Below the pieces are notes generated by a model that was not told the origin of the DNA, searched no databases, and was given only the letters and a program-made list of their open reading frames with translations. This document shows, piece by piece, positions 25,538 to 38,870 of a stretch of 64,000 nucleotides of DNA (within the stretch, counting starts at the first letter, position 1; each line of letters starts with the position of its first letter). Position numbers and translations under genes: made by a program. The stretch is from Haliotis rubra (lineage: Eukaryota), in the NCBI RefSeq assembly GCF_003918875.1, contig NW_025767697.1, positions 186,001 through 250,000 on the forward strand, in the 5' to 3' direction.

Positions 25538-28500
25538 AGAGTCGACAGGGCAGAGAGTTCCAAGAAACCATATTAATTAAAGTAACTCAGCTTAGTTTAC
25601 CAGAAAGTGTTTGCATCAAAACTGGTTTTGCCAAACGTGACACTCGCCAAACATTAGCCATATGTAATTATACTGTTACACTACTATTTTTAATACAGCA
25701 TTTTTATTCAACTCTCTCTAGCAAAAGAACCATTTTTCGAACATGTATTTTATTTATATTTTGTATTAATATGTATTTCTTTTTTGTCCACACAAAATAT
25801 AAATAAAACAGAATTATATTATTATCTATTACGTTGTTATATGGGTACATAGTAAAATAGTAGTCGATAGTAGCATTCTACAAGTGTAGAGTTATTAAAT
25901 TAGATCATTTTAAAGACTATAATTCTAATTTAAGATATTTACTTAAAACTTTCATGGATTCAATTTAGTTGTGAAATACACAGTTACGAAGGTTTACCGG
26001 TGTCACTTCACAACATTAATGCAACACGCGTCGTGTTCAGTGTCCCGTGTTACAGTTTTAGTGTTTTTTGGTGTACAAGGAAAACTGGATCAATCACGCA
26101 TTATGTGTTCTGATACCCACCACCAATGTGGGACTTGTCAAGTTTAAATCCTTTCAAAATAGGCATATTAGGAGTTCATTGTTAAGCTTTATCGGTTTGA
26201 AACTGCTATCATTATGACGTGAAAGCTGGCAACAATGATTTACACTTCCTTGTCAACTACACATCTTTCATGGTGGTAAATCAACAATGGTATTCAGCTA
26301 ATTATCTGGGAAACCTTTATCACAAAAATGCGAAACATTTTTCCTCCTGACAAATTTACTTGCACATGTTAGAATGTTGCCTTCATCAGATACTGTATAC
26401 TATGATATATAGAAATTTGGAGAAATCGCTTGCCAAAAACGTTTCCATCCATTACTCTTTCCCATCTTCAATTTGTCTAATACTAACGAATAGGATATGA
26501 TCGTGAATTCTTGTTCGGTTTGTTTGTTCCTTCAATGAACCTAGAAAACAAATCGACATGTGCCCAGGTGTCAGTGCCCTCTGACCAGTTGTCTTAATTA
26601 TCTCAGTTTCTGTAAAAAGAGTGGGGCTGTTCTGATGAAGTAGCATCAAGACTCATTTGCTGTACGCCATGTCGAGTTAATGATTGGTGGTATTACCCAC
26701 CACTGACAAAAGGTCAGTTTTGAAATTGCCCATCTTAACCCCATCGTCTGTCAAGACAGTTGGCAGCCATAGCAAGTACTGTCATACTCCACTTAATGTA
26801 ATAAGAATTTATTAGAAACTCAAGTATTTTACAAATTTGAAAATTGTAAGTTGTTTCCGATTCGTATAGGCATGTTGGCGAGAAACCTATGCGAGAAAAA
26901 AAGTGGCATCAAACATATCTATGACATGGAATTCCAGATCCGTGATGTGATACTCCATAACGATGGCTTAATATCATATTATTACGGACAACATTCCTGA
27001 TGTTTACATAATTGATACCTCCATGGAATCCAAATGGATAGCGTATGATTGCATTTGATGATAATACATGCGCCTTAATAGGAACATAATAATCCCCTGC
27101 TATTCAATAAAACGTGTGATTCGCGTCTCTTAAATCGGTGACTGATTAGAGAGAATGGCCAGTTTTCAATTGTATAATGAAGGATTTGTGCGAGACCGAA
27201 AACATCCCTGTCCTGTTAGAAAGAACGCTTAGTTAGATGCTCAGTTATGTTGAGTTCACTGTAATTCGAAGCCTTTGCCTCTGCTTTCCCTCTCTTTTCT
27301 AGTTTTGCTTTTCATGAAAATATAATTTGTCTTAATGCAAACCCTGGGTTCTCAACTGCCAATGGTTAATGAGGGTCATTCTAGCACACTCGTCCAAGTT
27401 CACCAATTGCTCCATACGACTAATGTCTGCTGACAGGTAACCTCACTGACATATTTCGGAGCAATGATGGCAATAAAAACTTGAATGACATACACACGTG
27501 TGATATCGAGCTGAAGCAACATGTTTGGACATACAAGATGTAAAATGAAATTATGCCCATATAAATGCTCCCTTTGTAACGTTGGAGTTGACAGTCAGTT
27601 CAAGATATACCCGATACCCCATGACACAGGTGTGTCCGCAACCGAATCTTACCGTTTACTAAATCAGCATCTCCATTAAATTAGCAGCATTGATAGTGTA
27701 TCTAAAGCCATTGTACGCTAAGATATTGTGGTAGAACGGACGAATCCTAATATTTTTGGTGAAGCGTTTGGACAATATCTGATTATGCATGTAGCATCCT
27801 TAATGTCGTAAATAGGTGTTGTGTGAATTATGTAGTTTCCTCATACGTATGAAAAGACGATTTAACAAGACATTTGGGAAATTTTGCATCCTGAGCGACC
27901 GACTAATTGTTTTTTAAAACGGTTTCTTAAGTTGAATTAGAAATTAAAAGTATGGATGTTGGAAAAGTAAGTCGTTGGAATATGAATGATTTATTTTCAA
28001 AGAATTGTAAAGCGAAATAACCACACGTGTTTACAGCTTAGATGACTAATTCATAACAAAGCGGATAAACTAAATCAATTCGCATTTATCAAGCATGCTG
28101 ACTGATCAGGTGATAAATGAAACTCTAAAAATAATGTTGAAAGAAGGTTTGGAGTTAATACTTCACACATCACATATTCTCTCTTATAAAGAACGTTGGT
28201 TGGTTTCAAATTTCGTATACAGGTGCATATATGGTAGATACGACTTCAGCTACTGCTGAATAGCACCAGTTTCTCTGTTGGATATATGTGTTAACGGATG
28301 GATCGCCTCCACTGACAAAATATGGAACATGGGACATATTTTTTTAGTGATATAACATACAAAAGAACGCTAAGAGTATATACTTTACACGCACACATTC
28401 GTTTCATAACAGGTGCATAATGTGAACCACGGAAGCTGCCTCTGAGTCTATGTCTTTGGGTTATCTCTAGGTGTTAACACATGGATCATCTCCACTGACA

Positions 28501-28867
28501 GAGTTAACATAGAAAGGCCCTCAACTGCTGGTAATGTGACCGTAATTATGTTCATCACCAGCGTTGTTTGTATTACGCTGCATTCCATCGTAGACATTTG
28601 TCTTACCATGTCGACTGAAGCCAGAATACGTGTTGGTGGCGTATGACCATCATCTATCGGGGGTCCATTACTGGTAATGCTTTTCACACCATAATGAACA
28701 GATGTTCCAGTATTCAATGAATTGTCATGCTTCTTTCTGGATGGCTTCACTACCATGCTGCAGTGATAAATATTTTACAATGTACACACATGTTCAACAA
28801 CACACAGTACAGAACCAAAGTGACACTGGGTCCGATATGTGCATTAAAGACAACATGAAGTACTTAC

Positions 28868-28949
28868 ATATATATGACGAGGGCTACAATGATGAGTACC
28901 AGAACACCACAAACCACAGATAAGGCTATCACAACATGCCCACTGTTGC
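28868..28949 (-). CDS. Gene C transmembrane exon
   Basis: Encodes GNSGHVVIALSVVCGVLVLIIVALVIY; 82 nt; GTAAGT donor. Confidence 0.75.
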
Positions 28950-31121
28950 CTGAAACATAAGGTGTATTGCAAATCGTTTAGAAAATGTGCGCAGTCTTGC
29001 GGACCTCTGCAGGCATATGTTTCAGTTCACTGCTCAGCCTTGGACTCACCGTTTTAAGAATGTAACAATATATATTCAGAGAGTAGCTGAATCCAACTTG
29101 AACATGAATTGGGAGAATCTTGGATTCGACCTCGTGGCCAACGGATGTTGGCGCGGAATGTTAGTGCAATAACGGATTCAGTTATCCCTATTCCCTTCAA
29201 ATGTTTTCTGATTTATTCGTATTTAACGTTGACACTATGCAATCAAGAGGCACTTCAGGTGTACAATTTCTACAAAATCCTCAGTTTTCATTTACGTGGT
29301 GGCTTTCACATAATATTCATAAGAGCCTCGCTGACTACGTCATAGTAGATCGATGATCAGTCTGCTTATCAATGGACTGTCTGGTCGAGGCTCGATTCTT
29401 TACACACCGCCGCCATATAGCTGGAATACTGGTGAGTGTGGTGGTCAACTACAAACACAGATTATCAAATCTACCACTGTTTAATAGTAAAATATGTGTT
29501 CATTTTATTTGCGACATCCTCCCAAGTGATCGCCAACAGCTGAAAGGAAAGTGTAAATCCTGCTGCGATACCATGCATGTTGTAGGGGGAGAACACGTAC
29601 CATGGTTTGGCCACACTGTCTGTGGTTGCTTGCCGATAACGTGTTTTACCCTGTTCTTATATTGTATTAACAATAAAAGTTAAAACTTATAGTTACACAT
29701 ATTGTTTAATAATCGTACATACGCAGCTCATTCAAGCAATGTTCACCTTAGTAATGTTAAAGGTCCTGAGAAAGGATAAATCAGCAGAAATTGCATATGC
29801 ACATCACACTGAACACTCGAATGTACAATACTGCAAGCTGACAGTTTCGTAAATTTATCTGAGAGTCACCAAATATACAATATACGTGACATTTGTATCG
29901 TAAATCTGCACGATCGGCTTATAGTACAGATTCCGACCACCGAGCGCCTTTTTGGTTTACGCCTTCAGACAACGACCGAATGCATTACAACCTTCTGATC
30001 AGTAGTCCTTAAGCATGGTACACATCATATCGACATTAAATGACTAAACTACCCCCATGGCTGTGTGTATTTACAGGCGATGGAAAATTGTAGTGTAAAC
30101 AAACGGTGAGGAAATGCGAGTAATCGCGTATGCTCACCTGTCTCTGTAGTTGAAACTGTTGTTGATACCATCGTCGTTGATTTGGGAGGCCAATGTGTTA
30201 CAATAATCCCTGTCGAGCGAGTAGCAACTCCACGCGTAGATGTAGCGGTCGTACAGGACGCTGCAACTTCAGATTTTCTGATCAGATGTAGTTCAAAGGG
30301 AGATAGACATGTTTATGGTAGCCCTGATTGTTTTTAGTTATGTATTATCTTTTTTCATACGCATTAAATATACCGGTACATCGGTCCATGAAAAGATGTA
30401 GATACATTATTAAACCTAAATTAATTTAAATGCATAATTGCTGTTGCCCTACAAAATGAAACATTGTATGGTCGCATTAAGTCAAAATAATTTAAATGTG
30501 GTGTCATGATACATATTAACATACTTTCATTCATTTACAACCTCCAAAACATGAAAAAACATGATATATTTTGAGCAAAAGTAAATATTCTTGCCCATGG
30601 GCCAGACTGTTTGCCCGGGGAGGGGGTCGACCTCATTGTAGACTGTATACCCAGGCCTTACAACGTAGCACACACTCACCAGTAGCTGTAGAATGTGCAC
30701 GTGTCGTTCTTTCAGTTCTTGGTGTATCCGAAGTACTTGAACCGGATGTACTCTGTGAACGTGGCGGCTGCTGTGTTGATGTAGTTGTGGTTGATGCATC
30801 CAGTATTTCACGGGTTATCGTTATGTCCATCTGACCTGAATCTATGAACAAGATATTTCTGTAGCAATCTCTACGTCCGAGTTGTCTGTTTAAGAGGGAC
30901 ACTAGCAGAACATGGAGAAAAGTAGAGCTAGATGTTATATATTTAAGGAGGAATAGGATGCAAAACACCTGTGACTACATTACGCTAAGTATAGGGATGG
31001 CATCAGATCATATTTAAATGTTAATTGAATGATAAATAGTTACATGAACAGAATAAATACTTATAGCTGATATCATTTCACGGGAAAAGTCAAAATATAC
31101 ATTTATTTATGCACTACATAC

Positions 31122-31436
31122 CAACAACACGTATCCATAGATTTGATCCATCCTGATCATGGTTATCATAGACTATAACTATTTCGGCAGCTGGTCCCGG
31201 TAATACCCTATTGTACTGGACCGTGTTCACGTTTGTCCAGAGTTGTCTCCCGTCACCTGAGATGTTAAGCATCCCTGACATCATCCGCTGTTCCACCAAT
31301 GTTACTTGTAAAGTCTGCCCTGTGATCCTAACAACACAGCTGCTGTTCACACCGACACTGTCAGGGAAGCCGGGAGAATGGAGGTACACCGCCCCGTTTA
31401 CTGTTGTTGTGACTGGACTACACATGTTCATACTAC
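31122..31436 (-). CDS. Gene C CUB-like exon (open)
   Basis: 315 nt, highly similar to the gene A exon. Confidence 0.75.
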
Positions 31437-33279
31437 CTGAAACACAATGAGCGAGTGAGTTAACATATAACGTCACGTCGGCAATATGTCAGCCATATAG
31501 TGACGAGTGGCACACAATGACATATGACAAATAGAAGAACAGCTGTGTTTACTGTTTACTGCTGTATCTTCTGACAACAAAGCTAATTTTCATCCAAAAT
31601 TGTCTTTCAAAGGAAACAAAATCGTACACTATATATATCTTAACACAGCTGATTTCAGTGTTCATGACTTGGCTGACATGTCTTTTGTATTTGAGTCCAT
31701 GTGACTGATAAATACCATGTGACTGATAATTTATATGTCTAGTTTCGATTATCCGCAGACAAAAACATGGTCTCTAAAATTACGTGGGTCATTTAGCGTC
31801 TAATATCAACCGTGTTGGAGCGCCTAAATGATCAGCAAACTTATTTCCTTATATTAAACTCATTTGAGCCAGGGAAAATCATTCAAGCGACTGATACACA
31901 ACTACTTGTTGTGGGGACGGCTGGTACAATTTTGTAGTGTTGTCCATGACATACTGTCAGTCATTCATTGACTGACTGTGAAACCGAGAATGTCAGTTCG
32001 TCAAAGATCCTGCAGTACGAAAGTAACAAAATAGACATACGACGACACCAAGGCATCTACGTTCGATTAGTGCCACTTAGTAGCAGAAATAACAACAGAT
32101 ATTTCACGATCTGTAAAAAAAGTCACGAAAGGTGGGAGGAATTATATATCAACCGTGGGCAGAATCAAAATCATCTCCTCCATATTTTTGTAAGTAAGAG
32201 AAAATAATCGAATTTTAACAACTTGTATATGTACAAATAAAAAATGTTATTGTACAGAAATGAGTTATCTATTAATTTTCGACCACACAATAAGCATGTA
32301 ATGTAAAATCGACCTTTACGTGAGTTAGTTGGGTTTTACGCCGCTTTTCTAGTAATATCACGGCGGGGGACACCAGAAATGGGCTTCACGCATTGTACTC
32401 GTGTGGGAAATCGAACCCGGGCCGTCGGCGTGACGAGCGTACGCTTTAACCACTAGGCTGTCCTAACGCTCCACGCCCATGTAAACAAAACCATATTTGT
32501 ATATACTGTCAAGTAGCGTGTTTAGGTGCACGATGCGCAACGTTACGATCAGAGGGAAACGGGGAAATTGTCACAACGTGTATTAACGTTTGACGTCACT
32601 GTATTGTAGTAGCAATACGTTAGAAATATCAGGAAAAACGTAGATAAACACTTTTGTATCGATAATTGCACACTGATATACATACACTATTATAGTTTCT
32701 TGTAGATAATCTTTCTGTGCTTATGTGATTAAAATATTTTAAAAGTTCAGATAATACTATTGTCACAGACTAAACCATTTCAATAAGTTTCTTTAAAACT
32801 TCATATATTCAAACGACATAATTGTTTCAATATGTATCCAAAGTACACCGAAATTCTATCCCCTTTGTCTGTTTAATGCATTCAACAAACTTTCGGTGAA
32901 TGCCATCTTATCATTAACACCTCCTTACGTCGGCGGATCTTACGTATGTGCATAGGTCAGTGACCTGACATGGTCAGTCAGGGAGACCAGTCAGGGAGAC
33001 GAGGCGAGGAGACGGGCCCAGATCATCCACAGAAGCGGACGGATTGTGCGGCAGGACGGGGCGTCGACCAAGGCCATCGCCTCACCAACGACTACGTCGA
33101 CGATGAAAAATCACCGCCCGACTACTGCCTGTGCGTGTAAGTGATAAAGAGGGTGTCCGCACCGGGAACATAGGCCAAATGTTTCAATTCGATCGCAAAT
33201 AAATGTACCGAGTAATTGTACCGAATAAAAATGGTTGCAGTACAGAACCATTCACAGAATATTGCCAATCAGACATTTC

Positions 33280-33705
33280 CTCTACAAAATCAACTATGTG
33301 GATAGCCCTAAATGTACCTTTTTGCAACGATTATGACGAAACAATTTATCATATCGTAGGGGAGTGTGACAAGGTGAAAAGCATATGGCGTGAAATGAAA
33401 ATATGACTTAGAACTGTACACGTAGAATTGAGTTTTACAAATCCCCAGGTAATGTTTGGGATTAAAGGAAAGCATAAATATGCATTAAATCCGATAAATA
33501 TTTTAGTCAAGAATATCATATACAACTGTAGTAAGAAAGGTTTCATTCCAAATATTTCATACATCAAGAGACAAATCATACGATATTATAATACCACAAA
33601 ATATGTATACATTAATCTTGACCATGAAGCCTACTTCCTAAAACTATGGTCCAGTTTACACAATCATGCTATTTAGAAGCGTTGAGAAGGTAAATTATTT
33701 CGATG
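33280..33705 (+). mobile_element. Second L1/Tx1-like 3' fragment
   Basis: Near-copy of 4168-4590. Its 3' flank resumes at 34685 after an insertion. Confidence 0.75.
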
Positions 33706-33707
33706 TA

Positions 33708-34684
33708 CATGTAACAATGTTATTGTTGTTAAAACTGAATTCGGGGAAATAGAATTAGCAGGATACTGACTAAAGGCGTTACCTTAAGTGTGACAAGTGA
33801 GTCGATCTGCCACGGCGTCCATGCCATCGAACCAGAAAACAGCTTCTTTCTTATCGGAATCAGTGCTAAATGAATTTTTGATCCACGCATTCCTAATCAG
33901 TCCGAAAGGTTTGTCCCTGTATCCGATGCTGAGATTGACACATTTCATTGACTCGGAATCCGACTAGAGTTATCCTTCTTGGAAATGCTATACTGTACTT
34001 GGACCAGTTACGTAACTGTAACACGCCTTCCACAGAATGTTGTTTAATCTTCCAACCTGCTGGGTTTGTTGACAGAAAACCTTTTCTACATGAATTCATG
34101 GGATGGTTGTCTTTTAGATTTCCAAACTTTTAATCGTTGACTTTCCCCAAAATTGATAGTTTTTTTTGCCAAAGTGTGTTTCAACACTACACCATCACCC
34201 TGTCACTAGACACACGTCAGTCGTGAATGAACGATGTTCCGGCGCACTGACTTGATCAAACAACGTTTTAGCTGTTATAACGTTCAATGATATTGCATTT
34301 AAAAGATCAATTTTATCATATTAACAAATGTTAATAAATTATTCCATAAAACATCTTATGTTGTATTTTAAAGCGATTTTACGTGGTACTATTTTCCATA
34401 GCGTTGTTATGTTATTACCGTTGGAGTTTAATACGCGGATGAATACGAATCAGCTGATCGAGGTCACAAGTCTGTCTCCGGGTGTTTTTTTTATTTCGTG
34501 GTTCTTCTTTTTAAATTACATTATGGGTAATAAATAGAATAACCAACTCGGTACGAGTGATTACGGGAAATATGCCCTCGTTAAAATAATGTTCAGAGCC
34601 TCGCCAAGGCTCGGCACTGTGAACATTATTTCAACTCGGGCATATTTCACGTAATCACTCGTGCCTCGTTGGTTATTCTCTAGG
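33708..34684. mobile_element. Inserted element with about 145-bp terminal palindrome (Crypton-like)
   Basis: Interrupts the LINE 3' flank. Palindrome agaataaccaac...gttggttattct at 34536-34679 with a central gagcctcgccaaggctc. Confidence 0.55.
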
Positions 34685-34904
34685 TATTGAACTGTATACA
34701 TTTACATATGTCAACCTGTATGTATGCCTGAAAAAAAAAGCGAAATCAAAAAGCAAACAAAAGCACATAGGCCACTCTGCCCCGGTGTACGTTCTGTCAC
34801 GTCTTTACTATCAACTTGTACCATTTCAACCATTATTCGACCAACCATAATAAACATGGCTGCTGCTGTCATTCACTCTTCTTCCCGCTGACTTTTATCT
34901 TCCA

Positions 34905-35808
34905 TCCGCGGTGCGCGGTGGGCGAACTGGCTAAAGCGCCAGGCTAGTGATCCAGCGAGCTTGAGGTGACGGGATTGAGCCCACCTCTCCCCGGGCGTAA
35001 AAACTTTGGAGTCAACTTTGTGTGCAGACTCTTTCAGTGTTGTCACAACCCCTAGTGTACAGTACACAACCCTGTGCACTTAAAGGAACCCCCGAATCCG
35101 TTGGCCCGAATCCGTTGGTATATGAGGTGAGGTGAGGTGAAATTGGGTTTTACGTCGTGCTTGAGAATATTTCGCTCATTTGACGACGTGCATGCGTGTG
35201 TATGTGTATGTGCGGCTGCTTGTACTAGCCCAGACTGAAGCTGGTTTTATAGTGCTAGCCCACTGAGATACCATGCCACAGTGAAGCATGAATACCCCAC
35301 TCAGACAAATTATACTGACTCCGAGCCAACCAGTCCTTGTTGTACCCATTAATGCCGAGCGCCAGACAGGGACCAACAAGTACCATATTTGAACGTCTTT
35401 TGGTATGACGCGGTCGGGGATCGAACCCGCGACCTTCCGCTCTCCGGGCGGACGCTCTAACCACTACACCACGGAGGCGGTCTCGTTGGTATATGACCAG
35501 ATGGTGGCCACATGAATACGTGCAAACACCCAGTTGCGGGTACAGCAACGTACAGTAAACATGGACAAAGTACTGTGACTATGTGTCCCAGTCCACCCAG
35601 CTGTAAATGGGGTACCTCGTAAAGATGGGAATGCCACAATAACTCGGCGCGCCTAGTGGCTGCAAAAGTTGTATGCTTCCCAGGGAGTTGAGATTGACAA
35701 TACGATGTGCCGTTGAGATTGACATCCAGTGAACGAGGGAAAAACAAAGCGCCTTTGAGCAGCTGGATATCGGCGCTATACAAATGTTAGTATGTATGTA
35801 TGTATGTA
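34905..35808 (+). mobile_element. tRNA-derived SINE with L2-like tail, interrupted by a second SINE
   Basis: Same family as the uninterrupted copy at 44035-44545. Tail aagcgcctttgagcagctggatatcggcgctatacaaatg followed by (tatg)n. Confidence 0.75.
35126..35483 (-). mobile_element. Nested tRNA-derived SINE
   Basis: Head ggtgtagtggttagagcg...gggttcgatccc, (cacct)n tail and 13-bp TSD cgttggtatatga (35113-35125 and 35484-35496). Confidence 0.85.
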
Positions 35809-38135
35809 TCCGTCAACCATCCTGAACTCCCCAACGAATGCTCTTGGTCACTATCAAATACAAAATGTCATTATGCTTGTTGGTTTGTTTGCTGTTTAAC
35901 CTGGCATTCGGCAATATTTCTTCTTTATAAGGGCGGTCTGGTAGGGTTTGACCAATCGAGTGATTGACATCATGAGCATCGATCTACGCAGTTGAGTTAA
36001 AATGACTTCCATCAACCTCCGCCTCAGTCACTTCTTACATCAAGTATGGGTTGGTGAAAACTAATTTAAACTTAGATCACTTTTATGTAATTTCGTGCAT
36101 GATTTCCATGCGTCAATAATAAAGTTTTGTATGGCCGTTGCACATGTCATCCCAGTTTTCCATCAAGATCACACTGAGAAATAGTTACATAATCTTTAGC
36201 AGACATCCTGAAGGCAAACTGAATTTTGATACACCTGTAATGCATGTCAGTAGAAACATCAATAATTTGCAGTTCGTGAGGTTGTACATTCGTGGATGTA
36301 CCCTTGCGAGTCTGAGGAAAATGGTTAACAACAAGAGCTACGTTCAAAGCACAGGAACCCGTTATCGCTATGCAGGTTAAACATAGACCATACATCTACA
36401 CACATCTAAATAGAGTAGCACTATATTTATATACATGACGTGTGTGTAGATCTATGGTTTATGTTTATCCTAGATAGCGACAACGGGTTCCTGTGGTTCA
36501 AAGCCGTAGAGGACGGTGATAGATCAGTAAACAAACATTAAAACCATTCGATCTTTATCGGCTTACAACTTGTATGGATGTCAGGAAGCTAAGCTAAAGG
36601 AGCCAATACAATGTCATGTGTCAATGTATTGTGATGTGCTGACAGCGCAATTACAGCTGAGGTTATGTACATACTGTACGTCAGGATCGAATATCCAAGA
36701 ATGGCACCTTATGTGACTGCTATATGCAGCCATATTAAGCTGATGTCTCACCTTTGATGGATTTGATTCACTGCAGCAGCAGCATCGGTAACATTGCAGT
36801 TGTTAATGAGTTGTACCTTCATGGCTTCACGACAGTACTGCTTCCCATTACAATTGACGACTAGGCCCTGCTGGCTGCTGGCGAGAAGCTTATTGCACGA
36901 CCCAGCAGATTTCACACGACATGTCGCTGTATCTCCATCCCCATACACCTCGTGCAAGACATGTATCCATTCACCGACAGAACACTGAAGCTGTACTGTA
37001 AAGCTTTTCGACAAGTCCTCTATACATCTGTTTCCAGTTCTGGTGACACCAGAAGATAATAATTCGTTTAATGTCATCTATGCCGGGCTAAGTATGATCC
37101 TATTTTGGAGTCACCTTCGAATTTATAGTATACTTAGCATAATATAGCTGCATATATTACTCTTAGATAGTAACACAATGCTATCTCTGGTAAACCCCAA
37201 TTTGTTTTGAGTCAGCGAAAATACAAAGAGCGTGCGTAATATTTATGCAATTTTATCATATGCACCAAGATTACTTATGGTGGGAAATCAATTAGTTTGG
37301 TTGTAAAGTTGGGTTGAGTTCATTCTCTTGCTGTGGATTACAACACAATAAATCATTTGTTGTACTGACAGTAATGTATGAAGGTTGTCAAAACCATTCA
37401 TTTCCAGACGAAGCTACTTACTCTATATCTTCTTTGGTATTAGGTATTCGTTCTTCTTTAATCGGATAACTACGACTAAACCAAATAAGCCTGCTTCTGA
37501 TTTATCTTGACCTGTATACTAAGAAAGCAACAAAACATACTCTGCTTTCAATAAAGTGTAAGTGTAACACTACCGGCTTGTGACGAGGGACCAGAATCCA
37601 CTGATCAGTGCAGAACACCGCCCCAGCACCCAATGCGTTTCTTTATTTGTCTACACAAAACACGTACATGCGGGTTTCGCCCGTTCATGTAGGAAGCATC
37701 TACGAATCACCTGTTTACCTGACACAATAACTGGACGTGTTGTGACATTACTGAAATGCGGAACTGATAAACCCAAATCATTCATACCTACACGCCCAGT
37801 AGGAGATATCTATCCTTCAGAATGTCCTAGCATATACAAGACATAATAATGTTAATACCGAGTGAATACAGTCTTATACTGGCATGAAGGATATTTAAGA
37901 CAGTTTTAAGAATGACAAATACGATTTTTATGCAAGGTTTTCAAATGGTATGTTTGTGTACTATATGTGACTACCATATATACATTTGGTATAGCTATTT
38001 ATCGATTTCAATTATTCCTAATTCATAATGTTTATGCCTCAAATAATATGTTTACGTGTAATGCCTGGTAGATTTGTCTGGGAGGTTATCGACATAGAAT
38101 CAGGAACATAATCAACTGCAATGAGCGATCAAGGT

Positions 38136-38870
38136 TTAGACGAAACTGTGGCAGAGGTCAATCGACATCATGTCAACCTCATTCTTACTAGTTGATCCTG
38201 CTGTGATCTTGGGTAGCTGAAACAGACATATTCACATTCACATTCACCACTCTACTCTTCAACTGTAGTGTCATACCCAGAACTCTCATATATATCATTG
38301 TCAACCATCCCTTTAACTGTACAGCCACTGACATCTTCTTCTCCATGATACAAGTCATCTTCAGGCATGCTTTCTTCATCCTGGTTGCCGTAATCTGTAC
38401 TGACATCATGGTTCTCTGTAGTAGGAGGTCCCCCATTGTATACATCGTTGTCGGTCATATGACATGTTGATTTTGTACCGTTTCCCCGATCAAACAGAAA
38501 CATGTCCATTGATTCAAGTTGATCAGTGTCGGCTTTCAGGTCACCTGTTCCAGGTGATTCAGTGTTCTCAATATCTCTCTCTTCATTCGAGCCAGTCAAG
38601 TTATCTGGTGACTGAATATATTTCGGTTGCTTCATCGTAAATGTGTTGTTATCATTCATGTTTAATCTGGAGCTACGTGACAAGACTGTAGAGAACCCGT
38701 CCTGTTCTCGGAACGCTGGTTCGTTATTTGCCTCTTGAATCTGCATTTAATGACAAATCCTCATTTCAAGGCACAAATGTTGGATCTATGATGAAATAAT
38801 GTTGGCTGCCATCATGCGTTCGTGAACCATTATGATGTTTGAACGGAATGAATTTTATTGGTGGAGCATT
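38136..38870 (-). pseudogene. Orphan, frameshifted duplicate of the gene F NxxY tail exon
   Basis: Homologous to 50936-51650 (MTDNDVY, MVDNDIYES, end MMSIDLCHSFV*). Frameshifts are present and the 5' end is cut at a SINE. The downstream 37210-38135 duplicates 50058-50935. Confidence 0.8.

Larger units (their letters stand above)
28467..37050 (-). pseudogene. Gene C: SUEL-CUB-mucin-TM-short tail paralog, 5'-truncated pseudogene
   Basis: SUEL exon 36752-37048 has lost its AG acceptor and has a 3' frameshift. CUB 31122-31436, mucin 30680-30841 and 30138-30260, and TM 28868-28949 are intact. Tail 28467-28757 has a frameshift and a GAA>TGA change relative to gene D. No signal-peptide exon found. 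Confidence 0.75.

Noticed and set aside
26452-27440. Short ORF and exon-like stretches between genes B and C
   Set aside because: Stops in all plausible frames and no recognisable homology.
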